Shown: positions 38,033-46,262 of the stretch, one piece after another | Numbering within the stretch: the stretch's first letter is position 1 | How the letters are laid out: the number at the start of each line of letters is the position of its first letter | Source of the DNA: an uncultured Clostridia bacterium | Lineage (GTDB): Bacteria; Bacillota; Clostridia; TANB77; CAG-508 | Reading direction: 5' to 3' | Length of the DNA: 64,000 bases | Assembly: GCA_934153805.1 (NCBI GenBank) | Contig: CAKPFO010000002.1 | Location: 26,419-90,418, forward strand | Notes under the pieces: generated by a model | Database searches by the model: none | What the model was told of the DNA's origin: nothing | The model's input: only the letters and a program-made list of their open reading frames with translations | Position numbers and translations under genes: made by a program

Positions 38033-38131
38033 GACAAAAATAAGACCTAACATATCGAAGTGAACTCAAATTATTAGACTTTTGGTCCAATAATTGAGTT
38101 CACTTCATTTCTATATTAAATCTTATTTTCC
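38033..38131. repeat. Direct repeat copy 2, interrupted by a 52-bp palindromic insert
   Basis: ACAAAAATAAGACCTAACATAT + [CGAAGTGAACTCAAATTATTAGAC TTTTG GTCCAATAATTGAGTTCACTTCA, about 38056-38108] + TTCTATATTAAATCTTATTTTCC. It lies immediately 3' of corA. Confidence 0.8.
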
Positions 38132-38133
38132 TT

Positions 38134-39093
38134 TTAATCTAACATATCTCTCTTCTTTAACCATATCATAGCTATAATCCCTAATATAATTGAAGCAGCA
38201 ACTACAATAAAAAATGGCCATTTACTTTCTACATATTGCATTGGTACTTGTACATTCATTCCCCAATAGCTTGCTATCATTGTTGGTATTGCAAGTATAA
38301 TTGTTATAGAAGTTAAAAATTTCATCACACCATTTAAGTTATTTGATATTATAGATGCATATGCATCCATTGTTCCATTTAAAATATCACTGTATATTTT
38401 AGCCATCTCTATAGCTTGCTTATTTTCAATGATTGCATCCTCTAAAATATCTTCATCTTCTGCATACAGTTTTATAATTTTACCTCTTAAAGTCTTTTCC
38501 ATAACAACCTCATTTGATTTTAATGACGTTGTAAAATATACTAAGCTTTTCTCTAAAGAAAGCATTTTTAATAATTCCTTATTTTTTTGTGATGTTTTTA
38601 GTACATTCTCTGCAATTTCCGTTTCTTTATTTATTCTTTTTAAGTATTTTAAATACATTTCAGCATTTTTATAAAATATCTGTAATATCATTCTACTCTT
38701 TTTGTATGTTATTAATGTACTTTTCATTTTATTACTTTCTATTTCCTGAATAATTTTATTTGATTTTAATGACACTGTTATAAAATAATCATCTCTAACA
38801 ACAATCAGACCTAAAGGCATTGTGCTATATACTTGCTCGTTATTTTCTTTTTCTAGAATAGGTACATCTATTATAAAAAGAATAGTGTTGTCTTCTTCTT
38901 CATAATCAATTCTGGCTTTTTCTTCATAGTCTAAAGAATATCTTATAAATTCTTCTTGCATATTTATTTTTTTACAAACTAATTTTATCTCATCTTCTGT
39001 CGGGGCAACCATATTAATCCATATACCTTTTTCAAAATTTCTTGTTTCTGTAGTTTTATTTGTTTCTATATCTGTTTTATACATTCTTATCAC
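38134..39093 (-). CDS. corA: CorA-family Mg2+/Co2+ transporter
   Basis: C-terminal two-TM region with the YWGMNV (GMN) signature. Start placed at GTG 39093, 8 nt after AAAGGGG (the track start at 39102 sits inside the RBS). ATG 39084 is an alternative. Confidence 0.8.
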   Translation of the reverse strand: MIRMYKTDIETNKTTETRNFEKGIWINMVAPTEDEIKLVCKKINMQEEFIRYSLDYEEKARIDYEEEDNTILFIIDVPILEKENNEQVYSTMPLGLIVVRDDYFITVSLKSNKIIQEIESNKMKSTLITYKKSRMILQIFYKNAEMYLKYLKRINKETEIAENVLKTSQKNKELLKMLSLEKSLVYFTTSLKSNEVVMEKTLRGKIIKLYAEDEDILEDAIIENKQAIEMAKIYSDILNGTMDAYASIISNNLNGVMKFLTSITIILAIPTMIASYWGMNVQVPMQYVESKWPFFIVVAASIILGIIAMIWLKKRDMLD

Positions 39094-39156
39094 TATAATC
39101 ACCCCTTTAATTATTCCTTCAATACTTATATTATACCACTTTTTTCCTATTTAGTT

Positions 39157-39210
39157 AATAGGGGGACGCCCCTTTTTCGAAAAAATTTGCAAAAAGGGAC
39201 ACTCCTATTA
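39157..39210. repeat. GC-rich palindromic element, left copy
   Basis: AATAGGGGGACGCCCCTTTTTCGAAAAAA (39157-39185) faces the partner arm CAAAAAGGGACACTCCTATTA (39190-39210). The 23-nt core GGGACGCCCCTTTTTCGAAAAAA recurs at 42174-42194 (21 of 23 nt, same orientation) and in full at 42228-42250 (inverted). Confidence 0.8.
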
Positions 39211-39357
39211 TATCTTATCTATCTTATTTCCACTCAAAAATTGTCCATTCCAGCAATTTTTGAGAGAACTCCAAATAAACAATTAATTGATATTGCAATT
39301 ATACTTTTGTTAGTATATACTAAATTCAAATATAATATTTTTAGGAGGCTAACCAAA

Positions 39358-39750
39358 GTGCTTAAACTTATAAAAAGTATAATTTATGAAAAAATTTCAT
39401 CACCAGGTCTTATAGAATATATAAAAATTGAATTATTAGATGAAGAAAATATATTAGAGTTTGTTGATAATATGTATCCTTCTTCTTTTAATAGGCCTAT
39501 ATGTGTAACTATTAGTGATGAATTACTTATTGATTTTATTGATAAACTATTAAGAACAACTGCAAAATGGAATACTGAATATTATCAAAGAAATATTATT
39601 GATGGTACTGAATGGAAATTAAAAATTTTATTAAAAAATAATACAGAAAAATGTTATACAGGAAGAAATGATTTTCCTAGTAATTTTGAATATTTAGATA
39701 GATTTAAATATGAACTATTAAAAAATTCTATGGTAGATTCAAATATATAA
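39358..39750 (+). CDS. Hypothetical protein (130 aa), first gene of a three-gene operon
   Basis: GTG 39358 lies 9 nt after AGGAGG. The 57-codon N-terminal extension in the track (from 39187) runs through the palindromic repeat and a TTGTTA-N18-TATAAT promoter-like site (39307-39336). No motif recognised. Confidence 0.55.
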   Translation: MLKLIKSIIYEKISSPGLIEYIKIELLDEENILEFVDNMYPSSFNRPICVTISDELLIDFIDKLLRTTAKWNTEYYQRNIIDGTEWKLKILLKNNTEKCYTGRNDFPSNFEYLDRFKYELLKNSMVDSNI

Positions 39751-39772
39751 ATACAAAGGAGAAACACTAAAT

Positions 39773-41656
39773 ATGAATCTTTTAGAATTAGATATACATG
39801 AGTATATTCCAGACATTACTGAAGCCTATGTAGAAGTATTTGGAGAAAAACACAGAGACGTAATAGAAAAAAGACTTAATAATATTATATATTTTCCATA
39901 CAATAAGCCAGAAAATATGCAAGGTTATTTAAATAGATTGAAAGAATTTAAGCGAAGAAACCTTGGAATTAAATTTTTAGAAAAAATAGGCGTAGATGTA
40001 AGCGAAGAAAAAAATAAAAAGTACACAGATCCATTAAATGATGACTTGTCCTCTCTTTTAATGGATTACCTCGGCATTGATAATTTTGAACACAATAATG
40101 AAGGAATAAAATCATTTAATGGTGATAGTAAAAAATCATTATTTTATGAAATTAAATTCTTAAACTTTTTTAATGATGATAAAAGTTTTACTATTACTAA
40201 AGATAACTTTGAAGAATTTTGTAAAACCGACAAATATAAAGAAATACATTCTAAGGTTGATGAATATTTAAAAATATATGAACCTTTAGAAAAAGAATAT
40301 GACGATTATCTTAAAGAATTGTCTCCATATCAAGAATATGTAGATACTGAAAATGCTCGTAAAGAGCAACTAGAAAAAAAGTATTTATCTAGTATGTATG
40401 AAAAAACTGTAGAAGAAGGACTTATTCCTGACGAAACAAAAGCCGCTTTGGATAAACTATATTCAGATGATACCACTAAAGCTAATGTTATGTTTGGCAC
40501 TCTTGGCACAGAATCAAATTTAGAATGCTTTTCTCGTGAAGTTGATAAAAAATTGTTAAATGATGAGATTCTTTTAGACTATTTTACTTATAACGATAGG
40601 TTAAACTATCTAAAAGGTATTGGTGTCATTGACCAAAATTTTGAGCTTGGAAATGATAATTATAAAGAAACTTACGAAGGGATTGTTGCTAGAGAAGATA
40701 TAAAAAAATATATTCCTACCTACGAAACTGTAGAAAATATATCAAAACTAAAACACGAATTTTTTGAAAAAGCAGAAGAAGACTTTAATATAAATAGTCC
40801 AAACATTATAAAAAATGCTGAAAATATTCGCAACAACGCTACGAAATATCCTGACACTACAATATATTTTAAAAATATTAAAAATAATAAAACATGTGTT
40901 ACTAACAATGGCTATACTGATTACAGATTTACTCCAGTTCTTTATCTAACCGTTACCTCTCCATATGCTAGTGGCGGGTTAGATTATCTTTATCTTCATG
41001 AATTTTGTCATGTTTGTGGCGCAGAAGGAGCTGATTCATCTGACTTAGATGATAGGTCTGGATTTGAACCATCTATGCCATTGGGCGACACTACCGATGT
41101 AAGTCCATATAATAATCAATATAGAAAATATGAAAGATTAAACGAGAACTTTACAGATATTCTCTGCATTGAGGCTATGAATATTATGCATAATAAAGGA
41201 ATTTATTTTATGGAGCCCGAAGAAATATGTGACCTTGATGTTAGTAATCATAATACTTTTTCTATTACCAAAGATATGTTATCTCCATTTTTAAGTACAT
41301 ATCGTGATTGCATTATGGATGCAATAATTGATGGAAATTATGAAGAGCTATTTAATGTTATTGGAAAGGAAAATTTTGAAGAATTAAATGATGTTATAAA
41401 TAAAACAGATTTCTTAAACATGAATGGACAATTAACTGCTGAAGAGTATAGCAATCAAAATAAAAGGCTCGAAAACATTTATGCTAATATGAAAAATTAT
41501 AAATCTAAAGATTCTATAAGCAACACTTTACTTGCAAGCGCAATTAGCGCTACCGAAGAATCTACTAGAACTGGCCAAATAAATTCTAACATTGATACTC
41601 TAGTCGAATTACAAAGACAACAAAAATCTCAGCAATTAGATTTAGAAAAAAGTTAA
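39773..41656 (+). CDS. Hypothetical 627-aa cytoplasmic protein with a HEXXH (LHEFCH) zinc-metallopeptidase-like motif
   Basis: RBS AAAGGAG. No signal peptide or TM helix. GGLDYLYLHEFCHVCGAEG is the only recognisable catalytic-type motif. Gln/Ser-rich C-terminal tail. The family is not recognised. Confidence 0.65.
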   Translation: MNLLELDIHEYIPDITEAYVEVFGEKHRDVIEKRLNNIIYFPYNKPENMQGYLNRLKEFKRRNLGIKFLEKIGVDVSEEKNKKYTDPLNDDLSSLLMDYLGIDNFEHNNEGIKSFNGDSKKSLFYEIKFLNFFNDDKSFTITKDNFEEFCKTDKYKEIHSKVDEYLKIYEPLEKEYDDYLKELSPYQEYVDTENARKEQLEKKYLSSMYEKTVEEGLIPDETKAALDKLYSDDTTKANVMFGTLGTESNLECFSREVDKKLLNDEILLDYFTYNDRLNYLKGIGVIDQNFELGNDNYKETYEGIVAREDIKKYIPTYETVENISKLKHEFFEKAEEDFNINSPNIIKNAENIRNNATKYPDTTIYFKNIKNNKTCVTNNGYTDYRFTPVLYLTVTSPYASGGLDYLYLHEFCHVCGAEGADSSDLDDRSGFEPSMPLGDTTDVSPYNNQYRKYERLNENFTDILCIEAMNIMHNKGIYFMEPEEICDLDVSNHNTFSITKDMLSPFLSTYRDCIMDAIIDGNYEELFNVIGKENFEELNDVINKTDFLNMNGQLTAEEYSNQNKRLENIYANMKNYKSKDSISNTLLASAISATEESTRTGQINSNIDTLVELQRQQKSQQLDLEKS

Positions 41657-41674
41657 GAATAGGAGGTTGAAATA

Positions 41675-42124
41675 TTGACTACGTATGCAAAACAAACATA
41701 TAGTGAATTGTGTGAATTCCTAGACCTTTTAGGAAATCAATATAAGTCTAAGATTCCTACAAAATTATTAGAATTATTTGAAACTAATAGAAGTAATGAT
41801 TATACACCACATATAAATCCGAATGTTCCTATTAAAGAACAAAATTTAATGTCTGATACTCTTGCATTAATAGCACTTTTAAATTTAAAATACTGGTGTA
41901 CAGACACCAATGAAATTGAAAGATTAAAGTCTGTATATAATCAAAACGAAAACTTATATAAAAAAGAACTTGAAGAAAAAGTTGATATAAATAGAATTTT
42001 TAATAACCGTAAAAATCAACAAAAATATGAAAATACTACTTCAACAGATATGGTAGTATATAATCATCTTCCATTTTATAAAAGATTTTTTATGAAATTA
42101 AAAGAAATCTTTAAATTTAAATAA
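41675..42124 (+). CDS. Hypothetical protein (149 aa), third gene of the operon
   Basis: TTG start 8 nt after AGGAGG, 18 nt after the stop of the preceding gene. Helical, with no recognised motif. Confidence 0.55.
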   Translation: MTTYAKQTYSELCEFLDLLGNQYKSKIPTKLLELFETNRSNDYTPHINPNVPIKEQNLMSDTLALIALLNLKYWCTDTNEIERLKSVYNQNENLYKKELEEKVDINRIFNNRKNQQKYENTTSTDMVVYNHLPFYKRFFMKLKEIFKFK

Positions 42125-42168
42125 ATATCAAAGGGACGTTCCTATACCTAAACAAGTTATATAGAATA

Positions 42169-42255
42169 TAATAGGGACGCCCCTTTTTCGAAAATTTTTT
42201 TGAAAAAAGGGCGTCCCTATTCAAAAATTTTTTCGAAAAAGGGGCGTCCCTAATT
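42169..42255. repeat. GC-rich palindromic elements, right copies (a hairpin plus an extra inverted arm); may also act as a bidirectional terminator
   Basis: AATAGGGACGCCCCTTTTTCGAAAA (42170-42194) pairs with GAAAAAAGGGCGTCCCTATT (to 42221). TTTTTTCGAAAAAGGGGCGTCCCTAATT (42228-42255) is the reverse complement of the left-hand copy at 39157-39185. A degenerate AAGGGACGTTCCTATA sits at 42130-42146. Confidence 0.8.
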
Positions 42256-42258
42256 GGA

Positions 42259-42801
42259 CTATATTTTCTTTACATTGTTTATAAATATAATATTTTCAAT
42301 TATATCCATAATTGCATATGCTATCATTATAGCTCCTATTGTTTGTATAATTGCACCTGCATCAAATATTACATATAAACCACATAATAACATTATTGTA
42401 GCTATTACTAAGCTATATATCCATATATTAGATTTTATTGCTCTTAATTTTAATGCTGTAAATCCTCTTATTATACTGCTATATACTATCCATACACCTA
42501 CTATTATTCCAAATATTGTACTTAGTATATCTGCATGAAATATTACTACTATTCCTATTACTGCTGACATTATTCCATATAATAATTCATAATTGAATAA
42601 ATCGCTTTTTCCATTTGTTTGAACATAATTTATTACTTTTATAATTCCTACTGCAATTAATATTGCTCCTAGTAAGTAACAAATAACTGCCATTACTCCT
42701 TCTGGTTTCCATACTAATATTATACCAAGTATTGCAAACATTAATGATTCTACTATAGATACCCATCCTGTTTTCTTTAATAAATTTTTAAAATATTCCA
42801 T
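42259..42801 (-). CDS. HdeD/DUF308-family small membrane protein
   Basis: Repeated G-rich TM hairpins (GWVSIVESLMFAILGIILVWKP..., LLGAILIAVGIIKV...). Start set to ATG 42801 (MEYFKN) 6 nt after GAGGAAGGTG, because the track's GTG start lies inside the RBS. Confidence 0.65.
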   Translation of the reverse strand: MEYFKNLLKKTGWVSIVESLMFAILGIILVWKPEGVMAVICYLLGAILIAVGIIKVINYVQTNGKSDLFNYELLYGIMSAVIGIVVIFHADILSTIFGIIVGVWIVYSSIIRGFTALKLRAIKSNIWIYSLVIATIMLLCGLYVIFDAGAIIQTIGAIMIAYAIMDIIENIIFINNVKKI

Positions 42802-42830
42802 TTTATACACCTTCCTCACTATTTAAATTA

Positions 42831-44231
42831 CTATGATTTATAGAAAGCCTCGTATCCTCTGTAAGCTTCGTAAATATCAAATTTAGATGTTACTTCATAT
42901 GGTGCATGCATTGATAATACAGGAACTCCACAGTCTATTACATCTACACCTTTATTAGCTAAAATGTAGGCTATTGTTCCTCCTCCACCAATGTCTATTT
43001 TTCCTAATTCAGCAACCTCATATTTGATATTGTTTTCTTCAAATATACCTCTTATTCTTGCTACAAATTCTGCATTTGCATCAGATGCTCCTGATTTTCC
43101 TCTTGCTCCTGTATATTTGTTTAAGCCAACACCACCTCCTAAATAACCTGAATTATTTTTTTCGTATGCACTACTATATATAGGGTCATATGCTGCATCT
43201 ACATCTGCTGATAGCATTTTTGAATTGCAAAATACTTGATCTAATAGATTTGGTCTATTTACATTTAATTTATTTAATATTTCTGATACAAATGTGTCAA
43301 ATACATGTGATTCCATTCCTGTATTTCCCATGCTTCCAATTTCTTCTTTATCTGAAATAATACATACTGCTGTTGTTTTTGGTTTTTCTATATTTAAGAT
43401 AGCTCTTAATGATGTGTACACGCAAACTTTATCATCTTGTCCATATCCTGCTACCATGCTTCTATCTAGTCCCATGCTTCTGCTTTTAAATGCTGGCACT
43501 AATTCTATTTCTGAACTTACAAAATCCATTTCTGTAATTCCATATTTTTCATTTAATATTTTTAAAATATTTAATTTAACAGCCTCTGCAATATTTGCTC
43601 CATATGGAATACTTCCAACTAATAGGTTTAGTTCTTCTCCTTTTACTCCTTCTTTTAGTTTTCTTTCCATTTGTTCAGATGCTAAATGAGGAAGTAAATC
43701 TGTTATTGTAAATATTGGATCTGACTCATCTTCTCCTATACATACTTCTATATTTTCTCCATTTGGTTTTGATATAACTCCATGTATTGCAAGTGGAATT
43801 GTAGTCCATTGATATTTTTTTATTCCACCATAATAATGTGTTTTTAAGAATGCTAGTCCTGCTTCTTCGTATAATGGGTTTGGCTTTAAATCCAATCTTG
43901 GAGAATCTGCATGTGCACCTATAATATTTATTCCTTTTTCTATACTGTCTTCTCCAATTACTGCTAGGTATATACTTTTATTTCTGTTTATATAGTATAC
44001 TTTATCCCCTGGAACTAATTTTTCGTACTCTACTATGTTTTTAAAACCATTTTGTTCTATTAATTTTTTGGTACTTTTTACAATTTCCCTTTCTGTTTTT
44101 GAATTATTTAAAAACTCTATATAAGAATCACAAAATTCGAAAATTTTCATTTTCTTATCATCTTCTGTACATTCCCATCCCGACTTAGTCTTTCTAAACA
44201 ATTCTTCTTTTAATTTTTCTGCTTCTGTCAT
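42831..44231 (-). CDS. M18-family aminopeptidase
   Basis: 466 aa. IIGAHADSPRLDLKPNP, HYYGGIKKYQW, GQDDKVCVY, DKEEIGS, SMHAPYE resemble the metal-ligand blocks of M18 aminopeptidases. Confidence 0.75.
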   Translation of the reverse strand: MTEAEKLKEELFRKTKSGWECTEDDKKMKIFEFCDSYIEFLNNSKTEREIVKSTKKLIEQNGFKNIVEYEKLVPGDKVYYINRNKSIYLAVIGEDSIEKGINIIGAHADSPRLDLKPNPLYEEAGLAFLKTHYYGGIKKYQWTTIPLAIHGVISKPNGENIEVCIGEDESDPIFTITDLLPHLASEQMERKLKEGVKGEELNLLVGSIPYGANIAEAVKLNILKILNEKYGITEMDFVSSEIELVPAFKSRSMGLDRSMVAGYGQDDKVCVYTSLRAILNIEKPKTTAVCIISDKEEIGSMGNTGMESHVFDTFVSEILNKLNVNRPNLLDQVFCNSKMLSADVDAAYDPIYSSAYEKNNSGYLGGGVGLNKYTGARGKSGASDANAEFVARIRGIFEENNIKYEVAELGKIDIGGGGTIAYILANKGVDVIDCGVPVLSMHAPYEVTSKFDIYEAYRGYEAFYKS

Positions 44232-44412
44232 TTTTCTACCTACCTTTCTTTTGTTTTTTATGATTATATCACTATTATATCCCTTTTTCTATACTTTTTA
44301 TTATTAATTTGAATAATATTTTTATAGATGTATACTACACAAAAATATTAATATAATTTACAAATACTATTTACAAATTAGTTCGCTTATTGTTTAATAT
44401 ATAGTAAGAATT

Positions 44413-46224
44413 TTGTTGATTTTTAGGATTTTACAAAAGCAAAAAATATTGCCCATGACGAAAGGAATATTAATAAAAATGAATGACGATTTAAAAGAAA
44501 TAACTACTGAAAAAAATAATTTATATGATGATAAAAATATAGATAATGATGCTGAAATAGCCTCTTCTAACGAAGATTCTACAAGCACCTCTTTTAATAT
44601 AGATAGTTCTTCTAGTGAAGAAAAAAAGACAGTTACCACTGAAAATAGCATAGAAAATATAGCAAGTCCAATAAAAACAAAAAGATGGCCAATTATTATG
44701 ATTATATCTATAATTGTGCTTTTACTAGTGCTATTTTTATCTACCATTTTTGCATTAGTAAACATTAATAATAAAACTATAATTTCTGGAGTTTCTATAA
44801 AAGGAATTGATGTTTCAAATCTTACTAAAGAGCAAGCAACAAAAAAAATATCTAGTATTTTTAATGAAAAACTATCTTCAGCTATTACACTAAAATATGG
44901 TGAACAACAAATAGAAATATTTCCAGAACAGCTTAGTATTTCGTTTGATATAGACTCTAGTGTAGATTTAGCATACTCTATCGGCAGAAAGTCTAACATT
45001 TTTAAAAATAATTTTGATATACTATCTTCTTTATTTTATAAAACAAATATATCACCTAGTTTTACTTATAACGAAGATTCTATAAATACATATTTAACAG
45101 AATTTGAAAATACATTGCCTAACAAATTAATAGAACCTAGTTACTACATAGATGGCCAAAATCTTGTAATAACAAGTGGTAAAGATGGTGTTTTGATTGA
45201 CCGTGATAGATTAAAGTTTGAAATAATTTATTGTATTAACAACTTAAAACCAGAAACTAATAATGTAATTGATGTATGCATTATACACAAAGGTGCCGAT
45301 GCTATTGATATAGATGCTATTCACTCTGAAATATATAAAGAAGCTAAAGACGCATATTATACGCAAAATCCATTTTGTGTATATCCTCATACTGAAGGTG
45401 TAGACTTTGAAATTAGTGTTGATGAAGCAAAAGCTATGTTACAAGAAAGTAAAGAATCGTATATCATACCTTTAAAATTTGTAACTCCTTCTGTAACTAC
45501 TAATGATATAGGTACTGAAGCATTTCCTGATTTACTAGCAACTTATTCTACAACTTATAGCACAAAAAATGTTAATAGAAGCACAAATATAAGGCTTGCT
45601 TCTAGCAAAATAGATGGAACTGTACTTATGCCTGGTGAAACTTTTTCTTATAATACTACAGTAGGTAAAAGAACTGCCGCAGCTGGTTTTAAATCTGCTG
45701 CTGTATATTCTGGTGGTCAAGTAACTACAGGTATAGGTGGTGGAATTTGTCAAGTGTCTTCTACATTGTACAATTCTGTTTTACTTGCAAATTTAGAAAT
45801 TGTAGAACGTACAAATCATGGTTTTAACCCTGGCTATGTACCTGCTGGTAGAGATGCTACTGTTTCATGGGGTGGACCAGATTTTAAATTTAAAAATAAC
45901 AGAAACTATCCTGTAAAAATTATATGTTCTGGTACTGGTGGAACTATTGTTACAAAAATCTTCGGTTTAAAAGAAGAAAATGAATATGATGTTGAAATTT
46001 CTTCTTATATAACAAGTTACATACAGTATAGAACAATTACACAAAATGATAATTCATTACCCTCTGGCACAACTAAAGTTCTTCAAAGTGGTTCAAATGG
46101 ATGCAGATCTGTTTGCTATAGAATTTTAAAACAAAATGGAGAGGTAATTTCTAAAACACTTCTTTCTTCTGACACATATAGTCCTCATAACAAAGTTGTT
46201 GCAGTCGGAACTAAAGCTGATTAA
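44413..46224 (+). CDS. VanW-family protein with N-terminal TM anchor and C-terminal G5 domain
   Basis: TM segment WPIIMIISIIVLLLVLFLSTIF. VanW core FSYNTTVGKRT...GGGICQVSSTLYNSVLLANLEIVERTNHGF...VPAGRDATV. G5-like tail GTTKVLQSGSNGCRSVCYRILKQNGEV. The start is uncertain (TTG 44413, ATG 44455 or ATG 44479). Confidence 0.8.
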   Translation: MLIFRILQKQKILPMTKGILIKMNDDLKEITTEKNNLYDDKNIDNDAEIASSNEDSTSTSFNIDSSSSEEKKTVTTENSIENIASPIKTKRWPIIMIISIIVLLLVLFLSTIFALVNINNKTIISGVSIKGIDVSNLTKEQATKKISSIFNEKLSSAITLKYGEQQIEIFPEQLSISFDIDSSVDLAYSIGRKSNIFKNNFDILSSLFYKTNISPSFTYNEDSINTYLTEFENTLPNKLIEPSYYIDGQNLVITSGKDGVLIDRDRLKFEIIYCINNLKPETNNVIDVCIIHKGADAIDIDAIHSEIYKEAKDAYYTQNPFCVYPHTEGVDFEISVDEAKAMLQESKESYIIPLKFVTPSVTTNDIGTEAFPDLLATYSTTYSTKNVNRSTNIRLASSKIDGTVLMPGETFSYNTTVGKRTAAAGFKSAAVYSGGQVTTGIGGGICQVSSTLYNSVLLANLEIVERTNHGFNPGYVPAGRDATVSWGGPDFKFKNNRNYPVKIICSGTGGTIVTKIFGLKEENEYDVEISSYITSYIQYRTITQNDNSLPSGTTKVLQSGSNGCRSVCYRILKQNGEVISKTLLSSDTYSPHNKVVAVGTKAD

Positions 46225-46257
46225 AAAATGGATTGAGTCAATCTCAATCCATTTTTA
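46223..46257. terminator. Bidirectional terminator between the VanW gene and the giant adhesin gene
   Basis: ATGGATTGAG (46228-46237) / CTCAATCCAT (46243-46252) perfect stem with flanking A- and T-runs. Confidence 0.7.
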
Positions 46258-46262
46258 ATGTT

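Noticed and set aside
39187-39357. 57-codon N-terminal extension of the first operon gene (track ORF 39187-39750)
   Set aside because: The extension starts inside the palindromic repeat, has no RBS, and spans a promoter-like TTGTTA-N18-TATAAT. GTG 39358 has a perfect AGGAGG at 9 nt.
39094-39357. Mg2+ (M-box) riboswitch upstream of corA
   Set aside because: The leader is short on the corA side and is occupied by the GC-rich palindrome. I could not trace the conserved M-box helices by eye.
35931-42255. Prophage, ICE or transposon call for the accessory blocks
   Set aside because: No integrase, transposase, recombinase, relaxase or phage structural gene is recognisable anywhere in the window. 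Only the flanking repeats suggest past mobility, so no mobile_element feature is asserted.
44394-44999. 201-aa minus-strand ORF
   Set aside because: It lies entirely antisense to the 5' part of the VanW gene, is low-complexity and has no RBS.
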